Assembly: GCA_900314875.1 (NCBI GenBank)
Contig: OMWX01000003.1
Coordinates: 184,729 to 248,728 of the forward strand
DNA from: an uncultured Actinomycetes bacterium
Lineage (GTDB): Bacteria; Actinomycetota; Actinomycetes; Actinomycetales; Bifidobacteriaceae
Reading direction: 5' to 3'
Length of the DNA: 64,000 nucleotides
A model generated the notes under the pieces. It ran no database searches, was not told where the DNA came from, and was given only the letters and a program-made list of their open reading frames with translations. The number at the start of each line of letters is the position of its first letter. Position 1 is the stretch's first letter. Positions 46,569 through 56,448 of this stretch are shown one piece after another. Position numbers and translations under genes: made by a program.

Positions 46569-48013
46569 TATTTCACCTCTTTCGAGACAACGGGAATTTC
46601 GCCCGTGTCGTCATTCTCTTCGACGCTCTGATCAGACTGCAGCGTTTGTTCCGTTTGCGCAGAAACAACGGGATTTTCCGCAGCGGCCGCAACAGCCGCA
46701 GTCTGAGCGAAACCTGCTTCGGGCACGAGATCGGCAACAGGTTCGGTCACGGGAAGCGGAAATTCTTGCGCGGCGGTCTGCCTTGTCTGAGGCTGCGCTG
46801 TCTTTGTCTGTGCTGTCAGAGGCTGCGAAGCCGCAAATTGTTGCGCCGGCTGAGAAGTCTTGCCGTCAGCCGAGAATGCGGCAGCAGAATTCGCAGCAGG
46901 TGCTTGCGAAGAGCAAGCCGCACTGCAGCCGTCGGACTTTTGTTCTGCCGAATTCGGCTCAACAGGGCGAACAGGCTTGATTCCTTTGCCCCATGTCAGC
47001 GTTGTTTCAACATCCGGGAATGCTTTCCCGTATCTTCCGGTTCTTCCCGAATGAACGCTTTTCGCCAAAGCAGCAAGTCCTTCATTTTCTCCCGTGTCGT
47101 CAAATCGGCGAAGCGGGACGAAATTTGCATTTGAAGCAGCAGAATCAGCAGCAGATGCGGCAGCAGGATTCGCAGCGGCAGCGCGAACAGAAGCAGCAGC
47201 TTTCTCTTTTGCTGCAGACTGCGCTTTTGCGACGGCGGCATTCGCTTCAGACTGTGCTCCAAACCGTGCCCCTGACTGTCTGTCTGATTTCTCGGCCGAT
47301 TCGTTCTGTTCGTCAAAATACAGCGCAGAATCATACGACCCCTGAGCTTCGTCGCGCACAATATGACCGCCGTGAAGCTCGATAACGCGTTTTTGCATCG
47401 AATTGACGATTTCCTCATTGTGAGTAGCCATGACAATCGTGGTTCCCGTGCGGTTTATCGCATCGAGAACTTCCATTATTCCCACGGAAGTCGTAGGATC
47501 CAGATTTCCCGTAGGTTCGTCGGCAAGAATAATCTGAGGATGGTTTGCATATGCGCGCGCAATGGCAACTCGCTGAGCCTCGCCGCCCGAAAGTTCGTGA
47601 GGATAGCGTTTTTCTTTGCCGGTCAGTCCCACAGCCGCCAAAACCTGCGGAACAACAGACTTAATAACCGATGTTTTCGTGCCGATAACTTCAAGCGCGA
47701 AAGCCACATTCTGCCATACGGTCTTGTTTTCAAGAAGCTTGTAATCCTGAAAAATAAACCCGATATTTCTGCGGTAGAAAGGAATCTGTCTGTCCGGAAG
47801 CCGGCGCAAATCGTTTCCCGCCACGTGAATTTCGCCGTCGGAAGTTTTTTCTTCGCGCAAAAGGAGAGACAGAAGAGTTGTTTTCCCGGCTCCGGAAGCG
47901 CCGACAAGGAACACAAAATCTCCGCGTTCGATATTCAAATTGACTTTATCCAGCGCGGCTCTAGACGCCCTGGGATAAACTTTGGACACATTTTCAAGCC
48001 GAATCTGCGCCAT
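46568..48013 (-). CDS. ftsE: Cell-division ATP-binding protein FtsE with a C-terminal low-complexity extension of about 250 aa
   Basis: MAQIRLENVSKVYP, GASGAGKTT, LSGGEAQRVAIARA and ILADEPTGNLD are followed by an A/Q/S/T-rich region up to the ftsX overlap. Confidence 0.9.
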   Translation of the reverse strand: MAQIRLENVSKVYPRASRAALDKVNLNIERGDFVFLVGASGAGKTTLLSLLLREEKTSDGEIHVAGNDLRRLPDRQIPFYRRNIGFIFQDYKLLENKTVWQNVAFALEVIGTKTSVIKSVVPQVLAAVGLTGKEKRYPHELSGGEAQRVAIARAYANHPQIILADEPTGNLDPTTSVGIMEVLDAINRTGTTIVMATHNEEIVNSMQKRVIELHGGHIVRDEAQGSYDSALYFDEQNESAEKSDRQSGARFGAQSEANAAVAKAQSAAKEKAAASVRAAAANPAAASAADSAASNANFVPLRRFDDTGENEGLAALAKSVHSGRTGRYGKAFPDVETTLTWGKGIKPVRPVEPNSAEQKSDGCSAACSSQAPAANSAAAFSADGKTSQPAQQFAASQPLTAQTKTAQPQTRQTAAQEFPLPVTEPVADLVPEAGFAQTAAVAAAAENPVVSAQTEQTLQSDQSVEENDDTGEIPVVSKEVK

Positions 48014-48070
48014 GTCACTCTCCTTTTTAAGCTTTAACTTTTTTTTCGAACGATTCGCGACATTATTCTG

Positions 48071-49204
48071 TTATTCTGCGGCCGATTCCCTGCGCTGTTC
48101 GTGACGCCATCGAATTCCGGCATCGATAAAATCGTCCAATTCGCCGTCAAAAACGCCCTGAGTATCGGATGTTTCGTATCCCGTGCGCAAATCCTTGACC
48201 ATCTGGTAAGGATGCAAAACATACGAACGCATCTGATCTCCCCAGCTTGCCTTAATATCGCCGGCAAGCTCTTTTTTCTTCTTGGCTTCCTCTTCATGCT
48301 TCAAAACAAGCAGGCGTGACTGAAGAACAGCCATTGCTGCCGCGCGATTCTGAATCTGACTGCGCTCATCCTGCATTGTAACGACGATATTAGTAGGCAA
48401 ATGAGTGATTCGAACCGCCGAATAGGTAGTATTGACGCCCTGACCGCCCGGACCTGAAGCGCAATAAGTGTCAACTCGGATATCCGTATCGGGTATATCG
48501 ATATGATCGGTAGCTTCGACAAGAGGAATCACTTCGACGGCAGCAAAGCTGGTCTGCCTGCGTCCCTGATTGTCAAAGGGAGAAATGCGCACAAGACGGT
48601 GAGTTCCGCCTTCTACCGACAAAGTTCCGTAAGCATAGGGAGCATCCACCTGGAAGGTAGCGGATTTAATGCCGGCCTCTTCCGCATAGGAAGTGTCCAT
48701 AACTTTGGCTTTATATCCGTGTCTTTCAGCCCAGCGCAGATACATGCGAAGAAGCATTTGCGCCCAATCGGCAGCATCGACGCCGCCCGCGCCCGAACGA
48801 ATCGTGACAACTGCCGATCTCTCGTCATATTCGCCGTCAAGCAAAGTCTGAATTTCCAAAGATTTCAAATCTTCGCGAACGCTTTGAATCTCGTTTGCAG
48901 CTTCGGCTTTCGTCTCTTCATCCGATTCTTCGACGCCCAGCGCATACAGAGCCTGAGCATCGTCAATGCGCGAAACAATGTCTTCCAAACGCTTCAGCTG
49001 TCCCTGAGCAGCAGAAAGCCTGCTGGTGACCTGCTGGGCATGTTCGGTATTATCCCAAAGCCCCGGAGCGGAAGCCTGAGCTTCCAAATCCTTTATAACT
49101 TCGCGCAGCCTGTCCAAATCGACTGCTTTTGCAATAGTCTCGTATTTTGACTTGGCTTCTGCCAAATCTTGCTGAAAATCATAGTCCGCCACAACATACA
49201 ACAT
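48071..49204 (-). CDS. prfB: Peptide chain release factor 2 (uninterrupted, no programmed frameshift)
   Basis: SPF (RISPFDNQ) and GGQ (SGPGGQGVN) motifs are present. I chose the start at ATG 49204 ([10 protein letters not shown]), though the GTG at 49192 is also possible. The upstream 145 aa of the track ORF look non-coding. Confidence 0.88.
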   Translation of the reverse strand: MLYVVADYDFQQDLAEAKSKYETIAKAVDLDRLREVIKDLEAQASAPGLWDNTEHAQQVTSRLSAAQGQLKRLEDIVSRIDDAQALYALGVEESDEETKAEAANEIQSVREDLKSLEIQTLLDGEYDERSAVVTIRSGAGGVDAADWAQMLLRMYLRWAERHGYKAKVMDTSYAEEAGIKSATFQVDAPYAYGTLSVEGGTHRLVRISPFDNQGRRQTSFAAVEVIPLVEATDHIDIPDTDIRVDTYCASGPGGQGVNTTYSAVRITHLPTNIVVTMQDERSQIQNRAAAMAVLQSRLLVLKHEEEAKKKKELAGDIKASWGDQMRSYVLHPYQMVKDLRTGYETSDTQGVFDGELDDFIDAGIRWRHEQRRESAAE

Positions 49205-49418
49205 TACAGACGAGTCGGAATAAACAAAAGCGGCGCAAAAATAATAAAAAGAAATTCTGCGCAAAATCCGCATAAAATCAAGGAAAATAAATGCGAAAAT
49301 CCGACAGAGCGGACGGCGTCGGGTAAAATAAAATTCACAATCAGATTCTGCAATGCAATCCGAACGCTTTGCAGTTTGCGATAAATGCGAACAGATAAAC
49401 GCAAATGAAGGAGAAAAC

Positions 49419-50405
49419 ATGAGCGAAAGCCGCACCGCATGGGGATGGGGTCTTGCAAGCATTGACGAATTCGGGCAGACGCTTGACGTATGGTATCCGA
49501 ATCTGCAATGGGGTCCGGTTCCTGCAGACAAGCCCAGACACGGATTCGATTCCCTGGCAAGCGATGTTCCGGACGCGAGAGGCGTGACGCGCAAGCCGGT
49601 TTTCACGGTTTCGAACGTCGATGAGGAAATTGCGGACACTGCGGACGCTTATCTTCGCCTGCATCTTCTGAGTCTTCGAATGGCGCAGCCCAATACGCTT
49701 AATCTTGACGGCATTTTCGCAAAGCTTGCCAATGTCGTGTGGACGAATTACGGTCCGTTCAATCCGGCGACTTTCAACGACCGCAAAGCCGATGTCATGG
49801 CAGCCGCAAGCAAGCCGGGAAGCCTGCTGCCGTGCGTCAATGTCGAAGTTCTGTCAGTCGACAAGTTCCCGCGCATGGTCGATTATGTCGTTCCGAGCGG
49901 AGTGCGAATCGGCAACGCGGACAGAATCCGTCTGGGCGCATACGTTTCCGAAGGCACGACCGTAATGCATGAAGGCTTTATCAACTTCAATGCCGGAACA
50001 CTGGGAGTCGCGATGGTCGAGGGACGCATTTCCCAGGGAGTCGTCGTAGGCAACAATTCAGATGTCGGCGGCGGAGCTTCAATTATGGGAACCTTGTCCG
50101 GCGGCGGAAAACTGCGCAATTCCATCGGAGAGCATTCGCTTTTGGGCGCAAATGCCGGAATCGGAATTTCTCTGGGAGACAATTGCGTAGTCGAAGCAGG
50201 TCTTTATGTGACGGCGGGAACAAAAGTCACGATTTATGATAAGGAAAAAATTGCTGCAGGACAGCCGCTGCAAGTCGTAAAAGGCGCAGAATTAAGCGGA
50301 AAGAACAATATTTTGTTCATCAGAAATTCGGTTACCGGAACAATCGAGGCCCGTTCCAGAGCAAAAACAGGAATAGAGCTTAATTCGGATTTGCACAAGA
50401 ACTGA
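49419..50405 (+). CDS. dapD: 2,3,4,5-tetrahydropyridine-2,6-dicarboxylate N-succinyltransferase (actinobacterial type)
   Basis: The ATG at 49419 is preceded by [17 protein letters not shown], a left-handed beta-helix hexapeptide region and GGGASIMG fit. Confidence 0.85.
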   Translation: MSESRTAWGWGLASIDEFGQTLDVWYPNLQWGPVPADKPRHGFDSLASDVPDARGVTRKPVFTVSNVDEEIADTADAYLRLHLLSLRMAQPNTLNLDGIFAKLANVVWTNYGPFNPATFNDRKADVMAAASKPGSLLPCVNVEVLSVDKFPRMVDYVVPSGVRIGNADRIRLGAYVSEGTTVMHEGFINFNAGTLGVAMVEGRISQGVVVGNNSDVGGGASIMGTLSGGGKLRNSIGEHSLLGANAGIGISLGDNCVVEAGLYVTAGTKVTIYDKEKIAAGQPLQVVKGAELSGKNNILFIRNSVTGTIEARSRAKTGIELNSDLHKN

Positions 50406-50541
50406 CAGTCTGAACACAAAGGTCTGCTGTCGGAAGAAACAACCGAACAGACAGTCAGATTTGCAATCAAGCATGCAATGCAAGCTGCGGCAATGCAAAC
50501 ATTGACAGCGAAAACCGGCGGTCAAACCGCAGCAGAATAAA

Positions 50542-50580
50542 AATATCTCCCCTGCGAATTAAACCGGAAGGGGAGATATT
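50542..50580. terminator. Bidirectional terminator between convergent dapD and gltA
   Basis: aatatctcccct ... aggggagatatt is a 12-bp perfect stem, with A-rich sequence upstream and T-rich sequence downstream. Confidence 0.7.
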
Positions 50581-50598
50581 TATTTTAAATCCGAAACT

Positions 50599-51936
50599 TC
50601 ACTTTAAATCCGGAACCCTGTAATCCACAGTATCTTCGGGAAGGAATCCGCGCTGAGAAGTGGGAACAAAATCGCGTTCTGACACTCCCGTATACACCTG
50701 ACGGGGACGGCCTATGCGAGTCGCCGGGTCGGCAAGCATTTCGCGATATTGCGCAATCCATCCGGGGATTCTGCCCAATGCAAACAGAGTCGTATACATT
50801 TCAGGATCGAAACCTATTGCCTTGTAAATAAGCCCCGTATAGAAGTCGACATTGGGATACAGGTGACGTTCTTTGAAATAATCGTCATTCAGCGCAAACT
50901 CTTCCAGCTCGGAGGCAACGCGGAAAAGTTCGCGGTCTTCTGCCGAGAGAAACAGCCGGTCGTCGGCGCACAGCTTATCCAAATATTTTTTCGCGATTGC
51001 CGCGCGCGGATCGTAAGACTTGTAAACCCGATGTCCCAGTCCTGCAATTCTTTTGCCTTCTTCTTTGGCTTTCCGCACGTATTCGCACACCGAAATGCCC
51101 GAATCGCGAATAACAGTCAGCTGCCTGAGAACAGCCTCGTTCGCGCCTCCGTGAAGAGGTCCGGACAAAGCGTTGATTCCGGCTGCAACCGCAGAGTACA
51201 TATTTGCGTGAGCCGAGCCGGCGATGCGCACAATAGTCGTAGAACAGTTCTGCTCATGATCCGCATGAATCATAAGCAGCTTGTCTAAAGCCGAAACTTT
51301 AAGCGCATCCGACTCGTACCGCTGATACGGAACAGCAAAGCTCATGCGGATGAAATCGTCCACATATCCGTATGACGTGTCAGTGTAAAGCAGCGGCTCG
51401 TCGCGTCTTCTGCGGTGAATAAGCGAAACAATCGTGCGAACTTTGGCCATAATAATCGAAGCCGAAGCGTCCAGCTGTTCCCTGTCGTTTATGTCGGTAG
51501 TGTCCGGATAATATGCCGCGAGAGCGTTTACCGCAGAAGCCAGAACGCTCATCGGATGCGCGCTGCGGGGAAAAGACGCTATGAAAGTTCTGAATTCTTC
51601 GCCCAGCATCGTATGACGCAAAATCTTGCTTCTGAAAGAATAATACTGTTCTCTTTCGGGCAGTTCTCCATAGATGAGCAGCCATGCGACTTCCAGAAAA
51701 TTAGATTCTTCGCAAAGCTGTTCTATGGGATATCCTCGATATCTGAGTATCGATTTTTTCCCGTCGATATAGGTTATTTTCGATTCGCATTGAGCGGTAT
51801 TAAGAAATCCGGGATCGAGAGAGACAAATCTGTCATCGCGCATGCTCGCCACAATCACTCCGTTCGGACCGCTTGTGGCCTTCGTAACGGGCAAGTCGAA
51901 TTCTGTATCACCTATTTTCAAATGCGCCGATGTCAT
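50599..51936 (-). CDS. gltA: Citrate synthase
   Basis: HADHEQNCST, GPLHGGANE and GHRVYK motifs are present. Confidence 0.92.
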   Translation of the reverse strand: MTSAHLKIGDTEFDLPVTKATSGPNGVIVASMRDDRFVSLDPGFLNTAQCESKITYIDGKKSILRYRGYPIEQLCEESNFLEVAWLLIYGELPEREQYYSFRSKILRHTMLGEEFRTFIASFPRSAHPMSVLASAVNALAAYYPDTTDINDREQLDASASIIMAKVRTIVSLIHRRRRDEPLLYTDTSYGYVDDFIRMSFAVPYQRYESDALKVSALDKLLMIHADHEQNCSTTIVRIAGSAHANMYSAVAAGINALSGPLHGGANEAVLRQLTVIRDSGISVCEYVRKAKEEGKRIAGLGHRVYKSYDPRAAIAKKYLDKLCADDRLFLSAEDRELFRVASELEEFALNDDYFKERHLYPNVDFYTGLIYKAIGFDPEMYTTLFALGRIPGWIAQYREMLADPATRIGRPRQVYTGVSERDFVPTSQRGFLPEDTVDYRVPDLK

Positions 51937-52080
51937 TTTACGTTTCCTTTCTCAACTTCATCGTCCGGCAGACGGCATACTTTCAACTGTTTCCAGCCGT
52001 CTGCAGCCGTTTTGCGGCAAGTTTTGCGGCACTATCTGCAGCAGCCGCCGCACAGCCGCGCAGATTCGGCCGCATAACTC

Positions 52081-52896
52081 TCAGTCGCGATCAGTGAGAA
52101 TAATCGGACCGTCGTCGGTTAAAGCAATCGTGTGCTCGCTGTGAGCTCCCCTGCTGCCGTCGGCCGAACGCAGAGTCCAGCCGTCATTTTCGTCCTGATA
52201 AATTTCGTCGGTCGTCTGCATAAACCAGGGTTCGATTGCTATGACAAGACCTTTGCGCAGACGGTATCCGCGCCCTTTTACTCCGTCGTTGGGAACATGC
52301 GGGTCTCCGTGCATGATTCTTCCCACGCCGTGACCGCCGAATTCAAGATTTACGTCATATCCGTAACCATGCGCAACTTCGCCGATTGCAGCCGAAATGT
52401 CTCCCAGCCTGTTTCCCGGAACAGCCTGCGCAATGCCTGCCGCAAGAGCTTCTTCGGTTGCTTTGATAATTCGCAAATCTTCTTCGCGGGCATTTCCGAC
52501 AACAAAGCTTATCGCAGAATCCGCAACCCATCCGTCAACGTTAATCGCCAGATCCAGGGAAACCAAATCCCCGTCTTTAAGCGCATAGTCAAAGGGAATC
52601 CCGTGCAAAACCGCGTCATTTACCGAAGTGCAGATATAGTGCGCGAAAGGACCGGTTCCGAAATCGGGCGCATAATCGACATAACAAGACTCGGCACCGG
52701 CTCTGGAAACAATTGCATTGCGCACATAATCGTCTATTTCGAGCAGATTTGTTCCTACCTTAACCGATTCGCGCAGGGATTTAAGAATCGAAGCGACGAA
52801 TTTTCCGGCAGGCTTCATCATCTCTACTTCTTTTTCAGTTTTTAATTCAATCACTTCTCGTCCAAACCTTTTTTGTAATGCTTCTGTCAGCAACAT
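52081..52896 (-). CDS. map: Type I methionine aminopeptidase
   Basis: The metal-ligand context fits (DLVSLDL.., GHGVGR, HSEHT). Confidence 0.92.
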   Translation of the reverse strand: MLLTEALQKRFGREVIELKTEKEVEMMKPAGKFVASILKSLRESVKVGTNLLEIDDYVRNAIVSRAGAESCYVDYAPDFGTGPFAHYICTSVNDAVLHGIPFDYALKDGDLVSLDLAINVDGWVADSAISFVVGNAREEDLRIIKATEEALAAGIAQAVPGNRLGDISAAIGEVAHGYGYDVNLEFGGHGVGRIMHGDPHVPNDGVKGRGYRLRKGLVIAIEPWFMQTTDEIYQDENDGWTLRSADGSRGAHSEHTIALTDDGPIILTDRD

Positions 52897-53142
52897 TGCG
52901 CTGCCGCGATTCTTTCCGCTGCGAAACGTTTTAAATCAGACCGCGCAATACATGCTTTTTTACTACAATACATTAACATTGCCGACTTTCTTGCGCATTA
53001 AGCGAAAAATGAACGAAAATCGGGCAAAAATCGGGCAAACCGAGACGGTTTTGAAGCAAATTCGGGAAGAAATCGGGAAAAAATCATGCGAAAATCATGC
53101 GAAAAAGGCGATTTTATCCTGAGAAATCATTAATCTGTATAT

Positions 53143-55236
53143 ATGACTGAAACAAACAATGAAAACTTTTCAAATTCTTTGTCTTCCGGCACGGATCGAG
53201 CTTCATATTCAACTTCCGTGCGCCCGGCGGACAATCTGTTCGAATACACAAACGGTCCGTGGATAAACGAATATAAACTGCCCGATGACAAAGCGAGATT
53301 CGGTTCTTTCGACGCGCTTGCCGAAAAAGCCGAAAAGGATTTGCGCGACATAATCGAAGATCCGTCTTCAGGCGCAGAAAAATCAAAGATTATCTACAAT
53401 GCTTTCATGGACGAACAGGCAACAGAAAAAGCCGGATTCGAGCCTGTTAAAAACGATTTGGCAGCTGTGGATTCCGCGCAAAACAAAGAAGAGCTTGCAC
53501 GCGTTATCGGAAAGCTTGAGCCGCACGGAGGTCCTGCTCTGTTTGATTTTGCGGTTTATCCCGATCCGGGAAATTCGTCGAAAAATATTGTGCATATAGG
53601 ACAATCGGGAATCGGACTGCCTGACGAAGCATATTACCGCGAAGACAGACATGAGCCGATTCGCAAGGCTTATCTGAAAATGGTCATATCGTTTCTCACT
53701 CTTTCGGGCTATGCTGCCGATGAAGACCAAGCTCGCTCGATGGCCGAAAGATTTCTTGCGACAGAAACCGCTATTGCTTCTCATCATTGGGATGTAGTAA
53801 CGACCAGAAATGAAGACAAAACCTATAATCCGACAACTTTCGGCAAGCTTTCCGGCGAGCTGGCCGATTTCAATATCGAATTGTGGATTCAGGGATGGCA
53901 GGAAGAATACGACAGCTATGCCGGAGCGAAGCTTAATCCCGTAAACATGCGCGAAGCCCTTGAAAATACTATTGTTCACGAGCCTGACTTCCTGACGGGG
54001 CTGAACGGATTCTGGAAAGAAGCCGATTTGGAAGACCTGAAATTGTGGGCAAGAATCCACATTTTCATCCGATGGAGCAGCCTTCTGAGCAAAGATTTTT
54101 CAGATGCCGTTTTTGAATTTTTCGGCAAAACTCTGTCAGGAACCGTCGTGCAGCGCGACAGATGGAAGCGCGCAATCTCACTGACCGACAACATCTGCGG
54201 AGAAGATTTGGGCCGCGAATACGTTAAACGATTCTTCCCCGCTTCCTCGAAAGAGCGCATGGAGAAAATGGTCGCAAATCTGATTGAAGCATACAGAATT
54301 TCAATCTCAAACAGCGACTGGCTCGGCGAAGAAACCAAGGAAAAAGCCTTGGAAAAACTGGACAAATTCGAGCCGAAAATCGGATATACGAACCGCTGGA
54401 GAGACTATTCCGCACTGATTCTCGACCCGCAGGCCGGAATTGCAGAAAACAGGCGCAGAGCCTGCCTTTACGAGTCCGGATATCAGATCGGCAAAGCCGG
54501 CAAGGATGTCGATAAAGAAGAATGGCTTATGACTCCGCAGACCGTTAATGCGTATTATGAACCCAGCATGAACGTTATAGTTTTCCCGGCTGCGATACTT
54601 CAGCCGCCGTTTTTCAACCCGCTTGCCGACGATGCTGCCAATTACGGCGGAATCGGAGCGGTTATCGGACACGAAATCGGACACGGATTCGACGACCAGG
54701 GAAGCAAATACGACGGAGACGGACATCTTCGCGACTGGTGGACCGAAGAAGATCGGAAGAACTTCGAGCAGCGCACAGCCAAGCTTATCGCGCAGTATGA
54801 CTCGTATACGCCTGCCCAGCTGGTGAAAAAATATGCTGCAGAGGGACGCGATGATTTGCCTCACGTAAACGGCGCTTTCACAATCGGCGAGAATATCGGC
54901 GATTTGGGAGGCGTGAATATCGCACTGAAGGCTTACGCGCTGTCTTTGGGCGGATTCGACGGTTCGGAAGCTTCTTTGAAGACTGCTCTTGAAAAAGCTC
55001 CCGTTTTGGACGGCTTTACGGGACTCCAGCGGTTCTTCCTTTCCTATTCGACAATCTGGAGAACCGTTTTGCGCGACGAACTTGCCGAGCGTTATTTGCA
55101 GATCGACCCGCATTCGCCTGCGGAATTCCGCGCAAACGGCATAGTTTCCAATGTCGACGCGTTTTATGACGCGTTCGGCGTGACAGAAAACGATGCGATG
55201 TATATTGCGCCGGAAGATCGCGTGAAAATCTGGTAA
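53143..55236 (+). CDS. pepO: M13-family zinc endopeptidase (PepO-like)
   Basis: HEIGHGFD zinc motif, NAYY and GENIGDLGG. Confidence 0.9.
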   Translation: MTETNNENFSNSLSSGTDRASYSTSVRPADNLFEYTNGPWINEYKLPDDKARFGSFDALAEKAEKDLRDIIEDPSSGAEKSKIIYNAFMDEQATEKAGFEPVKNDLAAVDSAQNKEELARVIGKLEPHGGPALFDFAVYPDPGNSSKNIVHIGQSGIGLPDEAYYREDRHEPIRKAYLKMVISFLTLSGYAADEDQARSMAERFLATETAIASHHWDVVTTRNEDKTYNPTTFGKLSGELADFNIELWIQGWQEEYDSYAGAKLNPVNMREALENTIVHEPDFLTGLNGFWKEADLEDLKLWARIHIFIRWSSLLSKDFSDAVFEFFGKTLSGTVVQRDRWKRAISLTDNICGEDLGREYVKRFFPASSKERMEKMVANLIEAYRISISNSDWLGEETKEKALEKLDKFEPKIGYTNRWRDYSALILDPQAGIAENRRRACLYESGYQIGKAGKDVDKEEWLMTPQTVNAYYEPSMNVIVFPAAILQPPFFNPLADDAANYGGIGAVIGHEIGHGFDDQGSKYDGDGHLRDWWTEEDRKNFEQRTAKLIAQYDSYTPAQLVKKYAAEGRDDLPHVNGAFTIGENIGDLGGVNIALKAYALSLGGFDGSEASLKTALEKAPVLDGFTGLQRFFLSYSTIWRTVLRDELAERYLQIDPHSPAEFRANGIVSNVDAFYDAFGVTENDAMYIAPEDRVKIW

Positions 55237-55251
55237 AACCGCCGCTTTTAT

Positions 55252-55287
55252 GCCGCGCTTCCCCGTTTCGGGGCGCGCGGTTTTTTG
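55252..55287 (+). terminator. Intrinsic terminator after pepO
   Basis: Outer stem ccgcgc/gcgcgg with inner stem ccccg-ttt-cgggg, followed by tttttt. Confidence 0.7.
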
Positions 55288-55446
55288 TTTTTCGGGGGTC
55301 GCATTGATGCACATTTTCCGACTGCATTGAGAAACGGACGCTCTTGGGAGAATACTTGCAAATACCGCCTGCGGACGCAGACTTAAAAAGTTTCGGCTGT
55401 TTTCCCTCCGCCGGCAAAACTTCAGCCACAAAAAGTCCGCAGCGGT

Positions 55447-55475
55447 CCAAACTTAAATGCAAATTCGACAGAAAG
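55447..55475. repeat. Chromosomal copy of the 29-nt sequence found after the last CRISPR repeat (protospacer-like)
   Basis: It is identical to 19512-19540 and ends 8 nt before the ATG at 55483. Confidence 0.9.
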
Positions 55476-55482
55476 GCAAAAA

Positions 55483-56334
55483 ATGTCTCAGCAGGCAACC
55501 GTAACAATAGAAGGAATAGTCGGCTCAGATCCCAAGAAAACAGGACACGAAGGCTCAATTCCCTTCTGCACGTTCCGAGTCGGTTCGAATCGCGGATTCT
55601 GGAACAGAAAAACAAATCAGTGGCAGGATTCTCCTACAACATGGACGACAATAAAATGCTATAAAAACCTTGCATTGAACGTTTTATCATCCGTTTCGAA
55701 AGGAGACCCGGTAATTATAAGCGGAAACCTGGTAACAGATTCGTGGGAGCGTGACGGAGTCAGAAGGTCGCAGTTAAGCATCGAAGCGACTGCGGTGGGA
55801 CATAATCTGACATCAGGAACCTCGGTCTACAGAAGAAACATAAGGGAAAACGCTTATCAGAAAGCAAAATACGATTCGCAAGCATATTCTTCACCGCAGC
55901 CGGGGTTGCAGACGGCAGCGCAGCAGATGGCAGCGCAGCAGACAGAATTGAATCAGACGAAATTCAAACAAGCAGAGTCATCATTGCCGCAAAACGGTTC
56001 AAACAATGCAGAATTGTCAAATAATGCCGAATCGGGCGAAGAATTTCCGGGATTTGAATTCGAATCCGGCGCGAAAAATACGACAGAAAATAAAATGCAA
56101 TTCAATAGATTACAGTCCGATGAAACACCGTCCGATGAAACAAGACCTGACGAAATAAACAAGGACAGCCATATCGATAAATCAACAGACAAAACAACAG
56201 ACAAAACAACAGACAAACTGCCTTACAAAACAAACGAAAGCGGAAATCAAAGCAAACAGAAACAAAAACCGGCCGAAAACAAAAACGGAAAACAAGCAAA
56301 ATTCGGCAGAAAGGATATGAAAACGCTGGCTTAA
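55483..56334 (+). CDS. Single-stranded DNA-binding protein paralog with a long repetitive tail and no acidic C-terminal tip
   Basis: It has an OB fold (ATVTIEGIVGSDP..FCTFRVGSN..TTWTTIKCYKNLALNV..GDPVIISGNL). The tail carries the repeats SDETPSDETRPDE and STDKTTDKTTDK, and the protein ends ..RKDMKTLA. Confidence 0.8.
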   Translation: MSQQATVTIEGIVGSDPKKTGHEGSIPFCTFRVGSNRGFWNRKTNQWQDSPTTWTTIKCYKNLALNVLSSVSKGDPVIISGNLVTDSWERDGVRRSQLSIEATAVGHNLTSGTSVYRRNIRENAYQKAKYDSQAYSSPQPGLQTAAQQMAAQQTELNQTKFKQAESSLPQNGSNNAELSNNAESGEEFPGFEFESGAKNTTENKMQFNRLQSDETPSDETRPDEINKDSHIDKSTDKTTDKTTDKLPYKTNESGNQSKQKQKPAENKNGKQAKFGRKDMKTLA

Positions 56335-56401
56335 AACAGCTTAAGAAAACAACCTCGAAATAACCTCAAAACAGGCTCGGGGAGAACACAAAACAAAGCA
56401 A

Positions 56402-56423
56402 GGGAGAACAAATCTGTTCTCCC
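56402..56423 (+). terminator. Hairpin terminator after the SSB paralog
   Basis: gggagaaca-aatc-tgttctccc is a perfect 9-bp stem. A second palindrome, gcggttttaaaaccgc, lies at 56435-56450 at the proS stop. Confidence 0.55.
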
Positions 56424-56448
56424 CTGCCGTTTTGCGGTTTTAAAACCG

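Noticed and set aside
49205-49639. 145-aa N-terminal extension of the prfB ORF, or a programmed +1 frameshift site
   Set aside because: The upstream residues have no RF2 similarity. RF2 homology starts at [10 protein letters not shown], and the gene is a single uninterrupted frame, so no CTT-TGA-type frameshift site is needed or seen.
19512-55475. Reading the 29-bp direct repeat pair as attL/attR of a 36-kb integrated element
   Set aside because: The intervening DNA is full of core genes (dnaG, alr, glmS, smpB, ftsEX, prfB, gltA, map) and has no integrase. One copy begins exactly at a CRISPR repeat boundary and has spacer length, which fits a spacer/protospacer pair much better.
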